Shown one piece after another: positions 1-10,343 of a stretch of 64,000 nt of DNA. The stretch is from Halioglobus sp. (GTDB lineage Bacteria > Pseudomonadota > Gammaproteobacteria > Pseudomonadales > Halieaceae). The position numbers were made by a program, and so were the translations under genes. The DNA is taken from contig JAWKZM010000008.1 in NCBI GenBank assembly GCA_041395965.1, forward strand, positions 4,669 to 68,668, read 5' to 3'. The notes below the pieces were generated by a model. The model was given only the letters and a program-made list of their open reading frames with translations. It was not told the DNA's origin and ran no database searches. How positions within the stretch are numbered: the first letter of the stretch is position 1; each line of letters begins with the position of its first letter.

Positions 1-832
1 GCTGACATGGCTGGTGATCGGCATTGCGCTCGCGCTGCCGGTCGGCCTGAATGTAGCGTTGGACAACGTGAGCCAGGTGAGTGCCAGCTGGGAAAGCCCG
101 GCACAGATTTCCCTCTTTCTACAGGACGGCGTTTCGCCGACCAGGGCCGGCGAACTGGAGGCGCAACTGCGCGGCCGTCCCGATATTGGCGATGTGCGTC
201 TGATTTCCCGTGACCAGGCGCTGGAGGAATTTCGCACCCTGTCAGGCTTCTCCGATGTACTGGCCAACCTGCAGGAGAACCCCCTGCCGGACCTGATCCT
301 GGTGACTCCGGTTGCGACCCTCGATGAGGCCGCCGTGACGGCCCTGCGCCTGGAACTGCAGGCGAATTCCGACGTGGCCGAAGCGGTTCTGGATATGGAG
401 TGGCTGCAGCGACTCAACAGCCTGATGGAACTCAGTCGAAGGGTGGTACTGGCGGTGGGAGGCATGCTCGTTATCGGCGTGTTGCTGATTCTCGGCAACA
501 CGATTCGGCTCGCTATCGAGAGCCGCCGCGACGAGATCGTCATCGTCAAACTGGTGGGCGGCAGCAATGGTTTCGTGCGCCGGCCGTTCCTGTACACCGG
601 GCTGTGGTACGGCGTTGGCGGGGGTGCGCTGGCCGCTCTGTTGGTATCGGGGGCATTGTGGTTCCTGCAGGAACCCATCGGCAAACTTGCGCTGCTGTAC
701 GAAAGCGCATTCCACTTGAGCGGACTGGGCGTGATGGGCGCATTGAACCTGGTGATTCTCGGAGGCCTGCTGGGCCTGGCTGGTGCCTGGCTGGCAGTCT
801 CGCGACATTTGGTTCACATTGAACCGCGCTGA
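1..832 (+). CDS. ftsX: Cell division permease-like protein FtsX (5' truncated by window edge)
   Basis: LILGNTIRLAIESRRDEIVIVKLVGGSNGFVRRPFLYTG is the FtsX signature; lies directly upstream of rpoH, the canonical ftsYEX-rpoH order. Confidence 0.95.
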   Translation, partial: LTWLVIGIALALPVGLNVALDNVSQVSASWESPAQISLFLQDGVSPTRAGELEAQLRGRPDIGDVRLISRDQALEEFRTLSGFSDVLANLQENPLPDLILVTPVATLDEAAVTALRLELQANSDVAEAVLDMEWLQRLNSLMELSRRVVLAVGGMLVIGVLLILGNTIRLAIESRRDEIVIVKLVGGSNGFVRRPFLYTGLWYGVGGGALAALLVSGALWFLQEPIGKLALLYESAFHLSGLGVMGALNLVILGGLLGLAGAWLAVSRHLVHIEPR

Positions 833-862
833 GCGGGCAGGTGCGGGCCGCCGATTTCAATC

Positions 863-875
863 TAACGTATTGATT
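863..875 (-). promoter_or_regulatory. IHF-binding site consensus upstream of rpoH
   Basis: Minus strand AATCAATACGTTA matches WATCAANNNNTTR exactly, within an AT-rich patch. Confidence 0.5.
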
Positions 876-907
876 ATTAAGATAAAAGCTGCTTTTTTCT
901 CGGCCCG

Positions 908-934
908 GGAACTTATTCGATATTAGCACTCTAA
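908..934 (+). promoter_or_regulatory. sigmaE (RpoE/AlgU)-type promoter for rpoH
   Basis: GGAACTT (908-914), 15 nt, TCTAA (930-934); rpoH has a sigmaE promoter in E. coli (P3) and Pseudomonas; spacer is 1 nt shorter than typical. Confidence 0.6.
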
Positions 935-949
935 TGGAATGAGTGCTAA
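923..949. promoter_or_regulatory. CIRCE element (HrcA operator)
   Basis: TTAGCACTC-taatggaat-GAGTGCTAA is a perfect match to TTAGCACTC-N9-GAGTGCTAA, 33 bp upstream of the rpoH ATG. Confidence 0.95.
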
Positions 950-982
950 AATTACACTAGTAATCCGACGGAGGATAAAGCA

Positions 983-1837
983 ATGCGGAAAGGCCTGCTG
1001 CCTGTTGACCAATTGGTCCCGGGAGCTAACCTGCCTGCCTATGTGCAGGCGGTCAGCAGTATCCCGGTGCTGAGCGTGGAGCGCGAGCGTGAGTTGGCGG
1101 AGGATCTCTATTACAACCAGAATTTGCAGGCGGCGCGGGAGCTCGTCATGTCGCACTTGCGGTTCGTGGTACATATCGCCCGTAGTTATTCCGGCTATGG
1201 ACTCGCCGAGGCCGACCTGATTCAGGAGGGAAACGTGGGCCTGATGAAGGCGGTGAAGCGCTTCAATCCCGAGAAAGGCGTGCGTCTGGTTTCGTTCGCG
1301 GTGCACTGGATAAAGGCCGAAATGCACGAGTTCATCCTGCGTAACTGGCGAATCGTCAAGGTCGCTACCACCAAGGCGCAGCGAAAACTGTTCTTCAACC
1401 TGCGTAGTGCCAAGAAATCCCTCTCATGGCTGAGCCCCGGGGAAGCACAGGCCATTGCTGATGACCTGGGCGTGGATGTTCGGGAAGTCCAGCGCATGGA
1501 GGGCCGGCTCACCAGCCGCGACCTGGGGTATGACCAACCCCGCGATGCCGACGATGAAGATGCCTGGCAGGCTCCGCAGTATTACCTTGAAGACCACAGT
1601 GCGGACCCCGCACTCATTCTGGAGTCCAGTGACTGGCAGGACAATAGCGAGACACAATTGCACCAGGCGCTGGCGGAGCTGGATGAACGCAGCCGCGATA
1701 TACTTTCCCAGCGGTGGCTGGCGGAAAAAAAGGCCACCCTGCACGAGCTGGCAGCCCAATACAGCGTCTCAGCCGAACGTATAAGGCAGCTTGAACAGAC
1801 GGCGATGGAAAAATTGCGAGTAAGTATCGCAGGTTGA
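983..1837 (+). CDS. rpoH: RNA polymerase sigma-32 factor
   Basis: RpoH box KAQRKLFFNLR, DLIQEGNVGLMKAVKRF, C-terminal SAERIRQLE; SD GGAGG. Confidence 0.98.
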   Translation: MRKGLLPVDQLVPGANLPAYVQAVSSIPVLSVERERELAEDLYYNQNLQAARELVMSHLRFVVHIARSYSGYGLAEADLIQEGNVGLMKAVKRFNPEKGVRLVSFAVHWIKAEMHEFILRNWRIVKVATTKAQRKLFFNLRSAKKSLSWLSPGEAQAIADDLGVDVREVQRMEGRLTSRDLGYDQPRDADDEDAWQAPQYYLEDHSADPALILESSDWQDNSETQLHQALAELDERSRDILSQRWLAEKKATLHELAAQYSVSAERIRQLEQTAMEKLRVSIAG

Positions 1838-1850
1838 TGCTTGCCATAAC

Positions 1851-1873
1851 AGGGGCGGCGACTCCGCCCCTTT
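1851..1873 (+). terminator. Hairpin terminator after rpoH
   Basis: AGGGGCGG-cgact-CCGCCCCT followed by a short T run. Confidence 0.6.
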
Positions 1874-1887
1874 GCTAGAATCCCCGC

Positions 1888-2263
1888 ATGGCGAAACTAT
1901 TTATTACCCTGGCTTCCCTCAGTGGCATGTTGGCTGTCGTCCTGGGCGCGTTTGGTGCGCATGCACTGAAAGACAAGCTGGACGATTACGCCCTGTCCAT
2001 CTTCCAGACGGCCGTCCAATATCAGTTCTATCATAGCTTCGCCCTGCTTGCCGTTGGGCTCCTGGCCCTGAATCAGCCCCAGACCGTGATGCTAAGGAGC
2101 AGCGGTTGGCTCTTCATTGTCGGCATCCTGATTTTTCAGGCAGTCTCTACCTGTTGAGCGTCACCGGTGTGCGCTGGCTTGGTGCGGTCACTCCGCTGGG
2201 GGGCTGGCGTTTATTGCCGGATGGGCCTGCCTGGCTGCGACCGGCTGGAAGCTGCTGGTCTGA
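1888..2263 (+). CDS. DUF423 (YgdD/TMEM256-like) membrane protein, frameshifted in this sequence
   Basis: LGAFGAHALK...FQTAVQYQFYH in one frame, then FSGSLYLLSVTGVRWLGAVTPLGG in another; probable sequencing indels. Confidence 0.85.
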
Positions 2264-2273
2264 TCCGGGCGTA

Positions 2274-2975
2274 ATGGCGGGACTCCCAGTGACAGATCGC
2301 GACCCGGTTCGACGCATCCGCAGTTATGTCCTCCGCACAGGGCGCATAACCGCGGTGCAGAAGCTTGCCCTTGAGCGCGGCTGGCGGCGCTTTGGGCTCA
2401 ATCATGACGATGGGGAATTGGCTTTCGATACGGCTTTTGGTCGCACGGGTCCGTGCATACTGGAGATCGGCTTCGGTATGGGTCAGTCCCTGGTTGCCAT
2501 GGCGGAAGCCGCGCCGGAAGTAAATTTCATCGGAATCGAGGTGCATACTCCCGGCGTGGGAAAGTTGCTGCACAGCATGGAGCAGCGTGGCGTAGAGAAT
2601 ATCAGGGTCTACTGTCACGACGCAGTGGAAATCCTGCAGGATTGTATCCCCGACGACTCACTGGACACGGTGCAGATTTTTTTTCCCGATCCCTGGCACA
2701 AGAAACGCCACAACAAGCGGCGTTTGATCCAACCAACATTTGCCTCGCGGCTGGGCAGTAAGCTGAAACCGGGAGGCCGGTTGCACCTCGCTACCGACTG
2801 GGAGGATTATGCCCAACAGATGATGACTGTACTGAGTGCCACCCACGGGCTGTCAAATACCTGTGGCGACCGGGAGTTCGCGCCGCGACCGACGCATCGT
2901 CCCCTGACCAAGTTTGAGGCACGTGGCGAACGGCTTGGCCACGGAGTCTGGGATCTGGTATTTGTGCGCAACTGA
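2274..2975 (+). CDS. trmB: tRNA (guanine-N7)-methyltransferase
   Basis: RRIRSYVLRTGR, LEIGFGMG, GIEVH, FFPDPWHKKRHNKRRL, LATDWEDYA. Confidence 0.96.
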   Translation: MAGLPVTDRDPVRRIRSYVLRTGRITAVQKLALERGWRRFGLNHDDGELAFDTAFGRTGPCILEIGFGMGQSLVAMAEAAPEVNFIGIEVHTPGVGKLLHSMEQRGVENIRVYCHDAVEILQDCIPDDSLDTVQIFFPDPWHKKRHNKRRLIQPTFASRLGSKLKPGGRLHLATDWEDYAQQMMTVLSATHGLSNTCGDREFAPRPTHRPLTKFEARGERLGHGVWDLVFVRN

Positions 2976-3027
2976 TCGCCTGCCGCTATGGCGCCCATGG
3001 CCAGGATGTTTGCAGCGAACCAGGTTG

Positions 3028-4169
3028 CTAGTCAGGGAAAAATTCTGACACGACGTTGTCCAGGAAGCGTCGACCCAGTTCCGTGGCCTTGACTCTATCC
3101 CCATCGCACGCGAGCAGCGCGCGCTGGCAGAGTGACCCCAGAGTCGGCTCCAGCTGTTCGCGTCCAAGTCCCGTGTATGCCGTAAACTGCCGCAGGCTGA
3201 AACCGCTGTTGAGACGCAGCGCATTCAACATGAACTCCCCGATCATCTCAACCCGATCCAGCGTTCTGCAACTGGCGACAAATGCGGCTCGTGTTGAAGC
3301 CATATATTGCTCGGGAAGTCGGCGCTTGGCATAACGCTGAATGCGACCATCGGTGAAAGTGATCTTGCCGTGGGCCCCCGCGCCAACGCCTACGTAGTCG
3401 CCAAAGGACCAGTAGTTGGTGTTATGGCGGCATTCATAACCCGGTTGGCTATAGGCGGAGACCTCGTACTGCTGATAACCACTGGCAGCCAAGAGATGTT
3501 CCCCACTCGACTGAATCTCGGCCAGTTCATCTTCAACCGGCAGTAGCGGTGGGTGCTTGTGAAAAACGGTATTGCGCTCAATGGTGAGCTGATACCAGGA
3601 GAGGTGTGTGGGCGCATAATCGATAGCGGTTTGCAGGTCTGCCCGGGCGCCGGTCGCAGTTTGCCCCGGAAGTCCATGCATTAGATCGAGATTTATATTG
3701 TCGAAGCCCGCTGCGTGTGCGGACCGGATTGCAGCCAGGGCCTGGTCGCTGTTGTGAACGCGTCCCAGTCCCAGTAACTGCGTATCAGAGAAACTCTGGA
3801 TGCCCAGAGATAGTCGATTGATGCCGGCTTCCCTGAAATCCGCGAATTTCCCAGCTTCGGCGCTCCCCGGATTTGCCTCCATGGTCGCTTCCAGTGATGG
3901 CGAGAGCGGCACCAGGTCCGCTACGCCCAGTAACAGTTCCCGGATCGACTCCGCTGAAAACAGGCTGGGTGTGCCCCCACCGATGAACAGGGTATCGACT
4001 GTTCTATCCTGTAATAGGGGCAGATCGCTGCGCAAATCCAGTAGCAGCGTGCGGACGTAACGGGACTCGGGAACAGCATGTGTTTCGTGGGAATTGAAGT
4101 CGCAGTAGGGCACTTGCGCGCGCACCAGGGCAGGTGGATATAAAGTCCCAGGGGCGGCAGCGGGATCAT
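3028..4169 (-). CDS. hemW: Radical SAM heme chaperone HemW (YggW), frameshift near 5' end
   Basis: [15 protein letters not shown]|YCDFNSH (CxxxCxxC split across frames), [25 protein letters not shown]; downstream of rdgB. Confidence 0.93.
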
Positions 4170-4771
4170 GCGTTGCGCATGGCTTCGAACAATAGTGCGC
4201 TGGCCTTGGCCCGGTGACTGATCTGATTCTTGACGTCGGGAGGAAGTTGCGCAGAGCTACAGCGCTGCTCGGGAATATAGAATAGTGGGTCATAGCCAAA
4301 GCCGTTATCGCCGCGAGGCTCAAACAGTATTGAACCCTCCCAACTGGCCTGGCAAACCAGCGGCATTGGATCCAGTGCGTGGCGCATGTATACCAGCACA
4401 CATTGGAATCGGGCGCTCCGCTGCGCCTGGGGAGCGTCCCCCAGTTGCTGCAGCAGCAGGGCGTTGTTTGCCGCATCACCAGCACCCGAGAAGCGGGCCG
4501 AGTGGATCCCAGGGGCGCCCTTGAGGAAATCGACTTCCAGCCCGGAATCGTCAGCGATCGCCGGCAGGCCGCTGTGCCGGGCGGCAGCACGCGCCTTGAT
4601 GATGGCGTTCTCGACAAAGCTCAGGCCGTTTTCTTCTACCTCGGGCACATCGAACTGTGACTGCGGTTTGAGGATAACAGCCAGAGGAGCAAGAACCTCA
4701 GCCAGTTCCCGTAGCTTGCCGGCATTGCCGCTTGCCAGCACGACGACCTGTTCGTGTGCGGAATCAATCAT
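4166..4771 (-). CDS. rdgB: dITP/XTP pyrophosphatase
   Basis: [36 protein letters not shown]. Confidence 0.96.
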   Translation of the reverse strand: MIDSAHEQVVVLASGNAGKLRELAEVLAPLAVILKPQSQFDVPEVEENGLSFVENAIIKARAAARHSGLPAIADDSGLEVDFLKGAPGIHSARFSGAGDAANNALLLQQLGDAPQAQRSARFQCVLVYMRHALDPMPLVCQASWEGSILFEPRGDNGFGYDPLFYIPEQRCSSAQLPPDVKNQISHRAKASALLFEAMRNA

Positions 4772-5211
4772 CAATCGACGTAGAGCTGTCGTTTGAACGT
4801 TAAGTTGTAGGTTTGGTCCGCACCCGCGGGACGGAACTGGATCTCGAAGAAGCGCCATTCTTCGTTGATAAAGGGAAACTCTGCGATATAGTAAATCGAC
4901 TCGCCCTCTCTAATCTCACGGAATTCCAGGGTCTGGTTCTGTATCAAATCCCAACTGCGGGCCTGCAATGCCATCGTCCTTGCAACACTCCCGCCAGGGA
5001 TATTCTCACGGACCGCCAGATTAACGAGTGCTCGCTTTTCTCCCCTGACGATGCCGTAGGTCTCAGCAATTTTTGGATCCAGGAACGAGGTATTGACCAC
5101 GCTGTAATGCAGCTCATAGGGTCCGAACGTCTCTGCTTGTTGCGCGAATGCAGGGCAACCCAAAAGCGCCAGCCAGAGCAACGAAATCACGATCGAAAAG
5201 GAGTTACGCAT
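4771..5211 (-). CDS. DUF4426 family exported protein
   Basis: Signal peptide, [36 protein letters not shown]; conserved position between metW and rdgB. Confidence 0.85.
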   Translation of the reverse strand: MRNSFSIVISLLWLALLGCPAFAQQAETFGPYELHYSVVNTSFLDPKIAETYGIVRGEKRALVNLAVRENIPGGSVARTMALQARSWDLIQNQTLEFREIREGESIYYIAEFPFINEEWRFFEIQFRPAGADQTYNLTFKRQLYVD

Positions 5212-5217
5212 AATATC

Positions 5218-5808
5218 TTATCGGGTAATGTGGTAGATCGCTGTGGTAGCGAAGAGATTGGGCCATCGGTTGGACAGCATCGGTTGTCGTTTGGTATTGC
5301 CTACCACATCCCTGGCCAGGATGCGGATGCCTTTTTCCTTGCACAGGTTCTCGAAATCTTTCACCGTGCAGAAATGAATATTGGGTGTGTTGTACCACGT
5401 GTAGGGCATAAAACCGGATACCGGCATGCGCCCGCCGAGACCCAGCATCAGGCGGCAGCGCCAGTGGCCGAAGTTGGGGAAAGTGACGATGCCCTCGCGG
5501 CCAATGCGCAGCATTTCTTCCAGCACCCTGTCCGGGTAATTAACAGCTTGCAAAGCCAGTGCCAGGACCACCGTGTCGAAACTCTGGTCGGGAAAGTTGG
5601 CCAGGCTCTCATCCATATTTTGTTCCACGACATTCAGACCACGCGATATGGCGGCAGTGATGTAGTCCTGGTCAATCTCCAGCCCGGTACCGCGGACTTG
5701 CCGTTGATCGCGCAAAAACTCCAGAAAAACGCCGTCGCCGCAACCGAGGTCAAGCACGCGCGAGCCCGGGGCAATCCAGCGCTGTATATGGGATAGGTCC
5801 AGGCGCAT
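5218..5808 (-). CDS. metW: Methionine biosynthesis protein MetW
   Basis: VLDLGCGDG, FPNFGHWRCR, WYNTPNIHFCT; follows metX. Confidence 0.95.
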   Translation of the reverse strand: MRLDLSHIQRWIAPGSRVLDLGCGDGVFLEFLRDQRQVRGTGLEIDQDYITAAISRGLNVVEQNMDESLANFPDQSFDTVVLALALQAVNYPDRVLEEMLRIGREGIVTFPNFGHWRCRLMLGLGGRMPVSGFMPYTWYNTPNIHFCTVKDFENLCKEKGIRILARDVVGNTKRQPMLSNRWPNLFATTAIYHITR

Positions 5809-6956
5809 CAGTAGCAGTCCCCTACCCGCAGCATGTAGGCGCGAAAAACGTCCAGATATCGCGGGATGGGCATGAGGAATGCATCATGCCCCTCCTTGGC
5901 CTCGATCTCTGCGTAGGTTACCGGTCGGTCAGCGGCAATCAGGGCATTGACGATTTCCCGGGAGCGTTCCGGCGAAAATCGCCAGTCGGTTGAAAACGAA
6001 ATCACCAGAAAACTGCAACGCGCATGACGGAAGGCCGCGACCGGGTCATTGCCGTATTCCAGCGCGAGGTCGAAGTAATCGAGCGCCCGTGTCATGAGGA
6101 TATAGGTGTTGGCGTCGAAATTTCCTGAAAATTGGCTGCCCTGATGGCGAAGGTAGCTCTGGACCTGGAACTCGGCATCATTTGCTTCTCCACGGCCCAG
6201 GCTGCCGGAGCGGAGATCGCGTCCGAATTTGTTTGCCATCGCGTCGTCGGACAGATAAGTGATGTGGCCGATCATGCGCGCCAGGGCCAGTCCCCGGGCA
6301 GGCACGGCCCCGTGTGTCTGGTAGTCGCCACCAAGAAAATCCGGATCAGACTCAATAGCCTGGCGGGCCACCTCGTTGAAAGCGAGGTTCTGGGCGCTGA
6401 GTTTCAGCGCCGCGGCGATAACGATACAGTGCCGAATACGCTGGGGAAATTCGAGCGACCAGCGCATGGCCTGCATGCCCCCCAGGCTGCCGCCGATAAC
6501 GGCAGCCCAGCAGTCGATACCAAGGTAATCTGCCAGTCGGGCCTGGCTCTGTACCCAATCCCGGGTGCGCATCGGCGGAAAATCACGACCCCACGGTTTA
6601 CCCGTGGCTGGGTTTATCGAACTGGGGCCGGTCGAACCATGGCACCCTCCGAGGTTATTGAGGCAGACCACGAAAAATCGGCTGGTATCGATGGGCTTGC
6701 CGGGGCCAATGCACTCGTTCCACCACCCGGGTTTCCTGTCATTGGGGCTGTGGTAGCCTGCTGCGTGATGGTTGCCGCTGAGGGCGTGGCAAATCAGCAC
6801 GGCATTGGAGCGCTGGGCATTGAGTTCGCCATACGTCTCGTATACGAGTTGGTAGGCCGGCAATTCCCGGCCGCAGGTAAGGCCAAGGGGTTCCTCAAAG
6901 TGCGCTACCAGCGGCGTGACAAGGCCGACAGAATGTGACTCTTCCGGGTGGTTCAT
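5808..6956 (-). CDS. metX: Homoserine O-acyl (succinyl/acetyl) transferase
   Basis: [25 protein letters not shown] nucleophile, GHDAFL. Confidence 0.95.
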   Translation of the reverse strand: MNHPEESHSVGLVTPLVAHFEEPLGLTCGRELPAYQLVYETYGELNAQRSNAVLICHALSGNHHAAGYHSPNDRKPGWWNECIGPGKPIDTSRFFVVCLNNLGGCHGSTGPSSINPATGKPWGRDFPPMRTRDWVQSQARLADYLGIDCWAAVIGGSLGGMQAMRWSLEFPQRIRHCIVIAAALKLSAQNLAFNEVARQAIESDPDFLGGDYQTHGAVPARGLALARMIGHITYLSDDAMANKFGRDLRSGSLGRGEANDAEFQVQSYLRHQGSQFSGNFDANTYILMTRALDYFDLALEYGNDPVAAFRHARCSFLVISFSTDWRFSPERSREIVNALIAADRPVTYAEIEAKEGHDAFLMPIPRYLDVFRAYMLRVGDCY

Positions 6957-6960
6957 GCGG

Positions 6961-7548
6961 TTAACTCAGCCAGGGAGCGATGCCCAGGACGCCCATTGAA
7001 GCCGCCATGTGTTGCAGTGCGATTTGTAACACATTAATCAGAATGAACACGAGAATGGGGGAGAAATCCAGGCCACCCATAGGCGGCAGCAGCTTGCGAA
7101 AAGGACTCATAACCGGCTCGGTGATCTGGAACAGCAGGTAAATAGCGGGGTGATTGCTGCCTTGAGCGACCCAGCTGAGAATAATCATACCCAACAGGGC
7201 AAAGAAATAGATTTGCACCAGCAGCGCGATAACGCCGAGTACGCCGCCAACGATAAGCAGCCTCGGTCCCGGCAGCGCGCCAAGGCTCAGTAAGAAAACA
7301 GCGGCAATGGCCACCATCTGCAGCAACAGGGCCAATAGCAGCGAAGCGAGGTCGAATCCGGCGAAGCCGGGGATGACCCTGCGCGTCGGGATAACCAACG
7401 GATTGGTAATCTTCACAATGAACTGGGAAATAGGGTTATAGAAATCAGCGCGAACCAATTGCAGCAAAAATCGCAACAACATGGCGATGAGATACAGACT
7501 GAGCAAGGTCTGGATCAGATACATCGAAATAGCATTTATAGCGCTCAT
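6961..7548 (-). CDS. yggT: YggT family membrane protein
   Basis: [20 protein letters not shown] and GGLDFSPI repeat motifs; follows proC. Confidence 0.92.
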   Translation of the reverse strand: MSAINAISMYLIQTLLSLYLIAMLLRFLLQLVRADFYNPISQFIVKITNPLVIPTRRVIPGFAGFDLASLLLALLLQMVAIAAVFLLSLGALPGPRLLIVGGVLGVIALLVQIYFFALLGMIILSWVAQGSNHPAIYLLFQITEPVMSPFRKLLPPMGGLDFSPILVFILINVLQIALQHMAASMGVLGIAPWLS

Positions 7549-7562
7549 TGGTTACGGACTCC

Positions 7563-8399
7563 CTAGCCCAGTTCCCTTGCCATCTCGACGGCCCTATCCG
7601 CGGCGGCGCGCATGGCCCTGGCGACAGACTCGCGCAAGCCGTCATTTTCGAAACTGGCGATGGCGCGCTCCGTGGTACCCCCGGGGCTGGTGACACGCCG
7701 TCGTAATTCCGACAGGTCGACGTTCTTTCCCAGGGCCATGCGCGCGGCACCCAAACCGGTTTGCGTGGTCAGCTGCGTGGCGACATCCTTTTCCAGTCCC
7801 AGCGCGACACCGGCGTCGATCATGGCTTCCATCAACAGAAAGAAATAGGCCGGCCCGCTCCCGGAGAGCGCGGTAATGGCGTCCAGTTCCGACTCGGAGC
7901 GCACCCAACAGGTAATCCCCACGGCGGACAAAACCCGTTCGGCGAACTCGCGCTGCTTCACGGAGGCGCGGTCATTGGCGAACAGGCCGCTGGCGCCGCA
8001 GCCCAGCAGGGCGGGTGTATTGGGCATGCAGCGCACGATGGCGGCCTGCCGCCCCAGTCGGGCCTGGAGACTGGCGATGGTCACGCCTGCGGCAATCGAA
8101 ATCACCAGTGCGCCATTGGCCTTGACCGCAGTCGCGATGCTGGTCGCAGCCTCCGCCATTACCTGCGGTTTTACCGCCAGGATGACGATATCCGCACTGG
8201 CCACAGCACCCGCATTGTCGCTGTGGATAGCGATGGGAGCGACCTCCCGCAGGCGCTCCAGGCTGGCGGGAAAGGGGTCCGCAGCACAGATATGATCGGC
8301 GGGGTGGCCGCTCTCGATCAGCCCACCGACCATACTGCTGGCCATATTGCCGGCGCCCACAAAGGCGATGTAGGGTGGATGTGATTGTGCGTCTGCCAT
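7563..8399 (-). CDS. proC: Pyrroline-5-carboxylate reductase
   Basis: FVGAGNMA, LAVKPQ, RCMPNTP, ALSGSGPAY, VTSPGGTT. Confidence 0.97.
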   Translation of the reverse strand: MADAQSHPPYIAFVGAGNMASSMVGGLIESGHPADHICAADPFPASLERLREVAPIAIHSDNAGAVASADIVILAVKPQVMAEAATSIATAVKANGALVISIAAGVTIASLQARLGRQAAIVRCMPNTPALLGCGASGLFANDRASVKQREFAERVLSAVGITCWVRSESELDAITALSGSGPAYFFLLMEAMIDAGVALGLEKDVATQLTTQTGLGAARMALGKNVDLSELRRRVTSPGGTTERAIASFENDGLRESVARAMRAAADRAVEMARELG

Positions 8400-8453
8400 G
8401 TGACTACCAGCGGTAAAACAGTCGTGCAGTATACACGCCGCTACGGGCCAAAA

Positions 8454-9146
8454 TCACCTGTCCCGCGGGCCGAAAATCGCGGTGCCGACGCGGATAACCG
8501 TAGCGCCCTCGCTGATAGCTGTTTCCAGGTCGGCGGACATACCCATGGACAGGGTGTCGATGTCTGCCGCCAGCGGGCGGAGCGCCTCCAGGGCCTCCCG
8601 CAACTGCCTGAAAGCGTGGCGCTGATGCAACTCATCGCCACCGGGGGCGGGTATCGCCATCAGGCCACGTAACTTGAGATTAGGCAACGCGAGTACTGTG
8701 CTTGCCAGTTGCGGCAGTTCCTCAAGTCGGGTACCGGATTTGCTATCCTCTCCCGAGATATTGACCTGAAGGCAAACCCGTAGCGGCGGCAGGTGCGGCG
8801 GGCGCTGCTCGCTGAGTCGCCTGGCGATCTTTTCGCGCGCCACGCTGTGCACCCAGTCAAATTGTTCGGCAATTGGTCCGGTTTTGTTGGACTGGATTGG
8901 TCCAATGAAATGCCACACCAGGCCGAGATCTCGCAACTCGGCCATTTTTGGCAGCGCTTCCTGCAGGTAGCTCTCTGCGAAATCATTCAGGCCGCAGTTG
9001 TGAGCGGCCCGTATTGCGGCAGTTGGCTGATTCTTGCTGGCGGCAATCACAAGAATGTCACTATTGCGATACTGGCTTTTTTGTGCGCTGCGCCTTACTC
9101 TCTGGAGGAGCTTTGCTATATTCTTGGAAAGCTGTTGTTCGTCCAT
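8454..9146 (-). CDS. yggS: PLP homeostasis protein YggS
   Basis: AASK, WHFIGPIQSNK, LRGLMAIP, LSMGMSADLE, IRVGTAIFG; start taken at the Met at 9146. Confidence 0.95.
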   Translation of the reverse strand: MDEQQLSKNIAKLLQRVRRSAQKSQYRNSDILVIAASKNQPTAAIRAAHNCGLNDFAESYLQEALPKMAELRDLGLVWHFIGPIQSNKTGPIAEQFDWVHSVAREKIARRLSEQRPPHLPPLRVCLQVNISGEDSKSGTRLEELPQLASTVLALPNLKLRGLMAIPAPGGDELHQRHAFRQLREALEALRPLAADIDTLSMGMSADLETAISEGATVIRVGTAIFGPRDR

Positions 9147-9276
9147 GGCGCGAATGTTAACGGATTCGGGGTCGGGGTGACATGAGAATAATATGCCGTG
9201 GCGGTGGCTCGCCGCCACGCGGAATTTCTTGGCCAGGGAGCAGTCGGCGCACAGCACCGGCAGGGGAGTGGAAATA

Positions 9277-10311
9277 ATGGATATAACGGAACTACTGGCC
9301 TTTAGTGCCAAGCAGGGAGCGTCCGACCTGCATCTTTCGGCCGGCCTGCCGCCAATGATTCGCGTCGATGGTGATATTCGTCGCATAAACCTGCCGCCGA
9401 TGGAGCACAAGCAGGTGCACGAGCTGATCTACGACATCATGAATGACAAGCAGCGCAAGGACTACGAGGAGTTCCTCGAGACCGACTTTTCCTTCGAAGT
9501 CCCCGGTGTCGCCCGCTTCCGCGTCAATGCATTTAACCAGAACAGGGGTGCTGGCGGCGTATTTCGAACCATTCCATCCAAGGTGCTGACCATGGAAGAC
9601 CTGGGCATGGGGCAGGTTTTTCGCGATGTTTCCATGATGCCCCGCGGTTTGGTACTGGTCACCGGGCCGACCGGCTCCGGCAAGTCCACTACGCTGGCCG
9701 CGATGGTGGATTTTATTAACGACAATAAATACGAACACATTCTGACCATCGAGGATCCCATCGAATTCGTGCACGAGAGCAAGAAGTGCCTCGTCAACCA
9801 GCGGGAAGTGCATCGCGATACATTGGGATTTTCCGAGGCGCTGCGTTCAGCCCTGCGCGAGGACCCCGACATCATCCTGGTCGGCGAGATGCGTGACCTT
9901 GAAACGATACGGCTGGCCCTGACGGCGGCGGAAACCGGGCACCTTGTTTTTGGCACACTGCACACCACGTCTGCGGCCAAGACCATAGACCGTGTCATCG
10001 ACGTGTTCCCGGCCGCGGAAAAATCGATGGTGCGCTCCATGCTGTCGGAGTCGCTGCAGGCGGTGGTGTCACAGACACTCCTCAAGCGCAGCACTGGTGG
10101 CCGGGTGGCAGCGCACGAAATCATGCGGGGGACCTCCGCTATTCGCAACCTGATTCGGGAAGACAAGGTCGCGCAAATGTATTCTGCCATCCAGACAGGC
10201 AGTGCATTGGGTATGCAAACCATGGATCAATGTCTTGAGGAATTGGTAGCCAAGCGCATCATTACGCGCGAAGTGGCGCGCGAAAAGGCAAGGATGCCGG
10301 AAAACTTCTAG
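9277..10311 (+). CDS. pilT: Type IV pilus retraction ATPase PilT
   Basis: MDITELLAFSAKQGASDLHLSAG, GPTGSGKST, AIRNLIRE motif. Confidence 0.98.
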   Translation: MDITELLAFSAKQGASDLHLSAGLPPMIRVDGDIRRINLPPMEHKQVHELIYDIMNDKQRKDYEEFLETDFSFEVPGVARFRVNAFNQNRGAGGVFRTIPSKVLTMEDLGMGQVFRDVSMMPRGLVLVTGPTGSGKSTTLAAMVDFINDNKYEHILTIEDPIEFVHESKKCLVNQREVHRDTLGFSEALRSALREDPDIILVGEMRDLETIRLALTAAETGHLVFGTLHTTSAAKTIDRVIDVFPAAEKSMVRSMLSESLQAVVSQTLLKRSTGGRVAAHEIMRGTSAIRNLIREDKVAQMYSAIQTGSALGMQTMDQCLEELVAKRIITREVAREKARMPENF

Positions 10312-10343
10312 AGCAGGCCGCAACTCACAGAGGGAGCGTCAGT

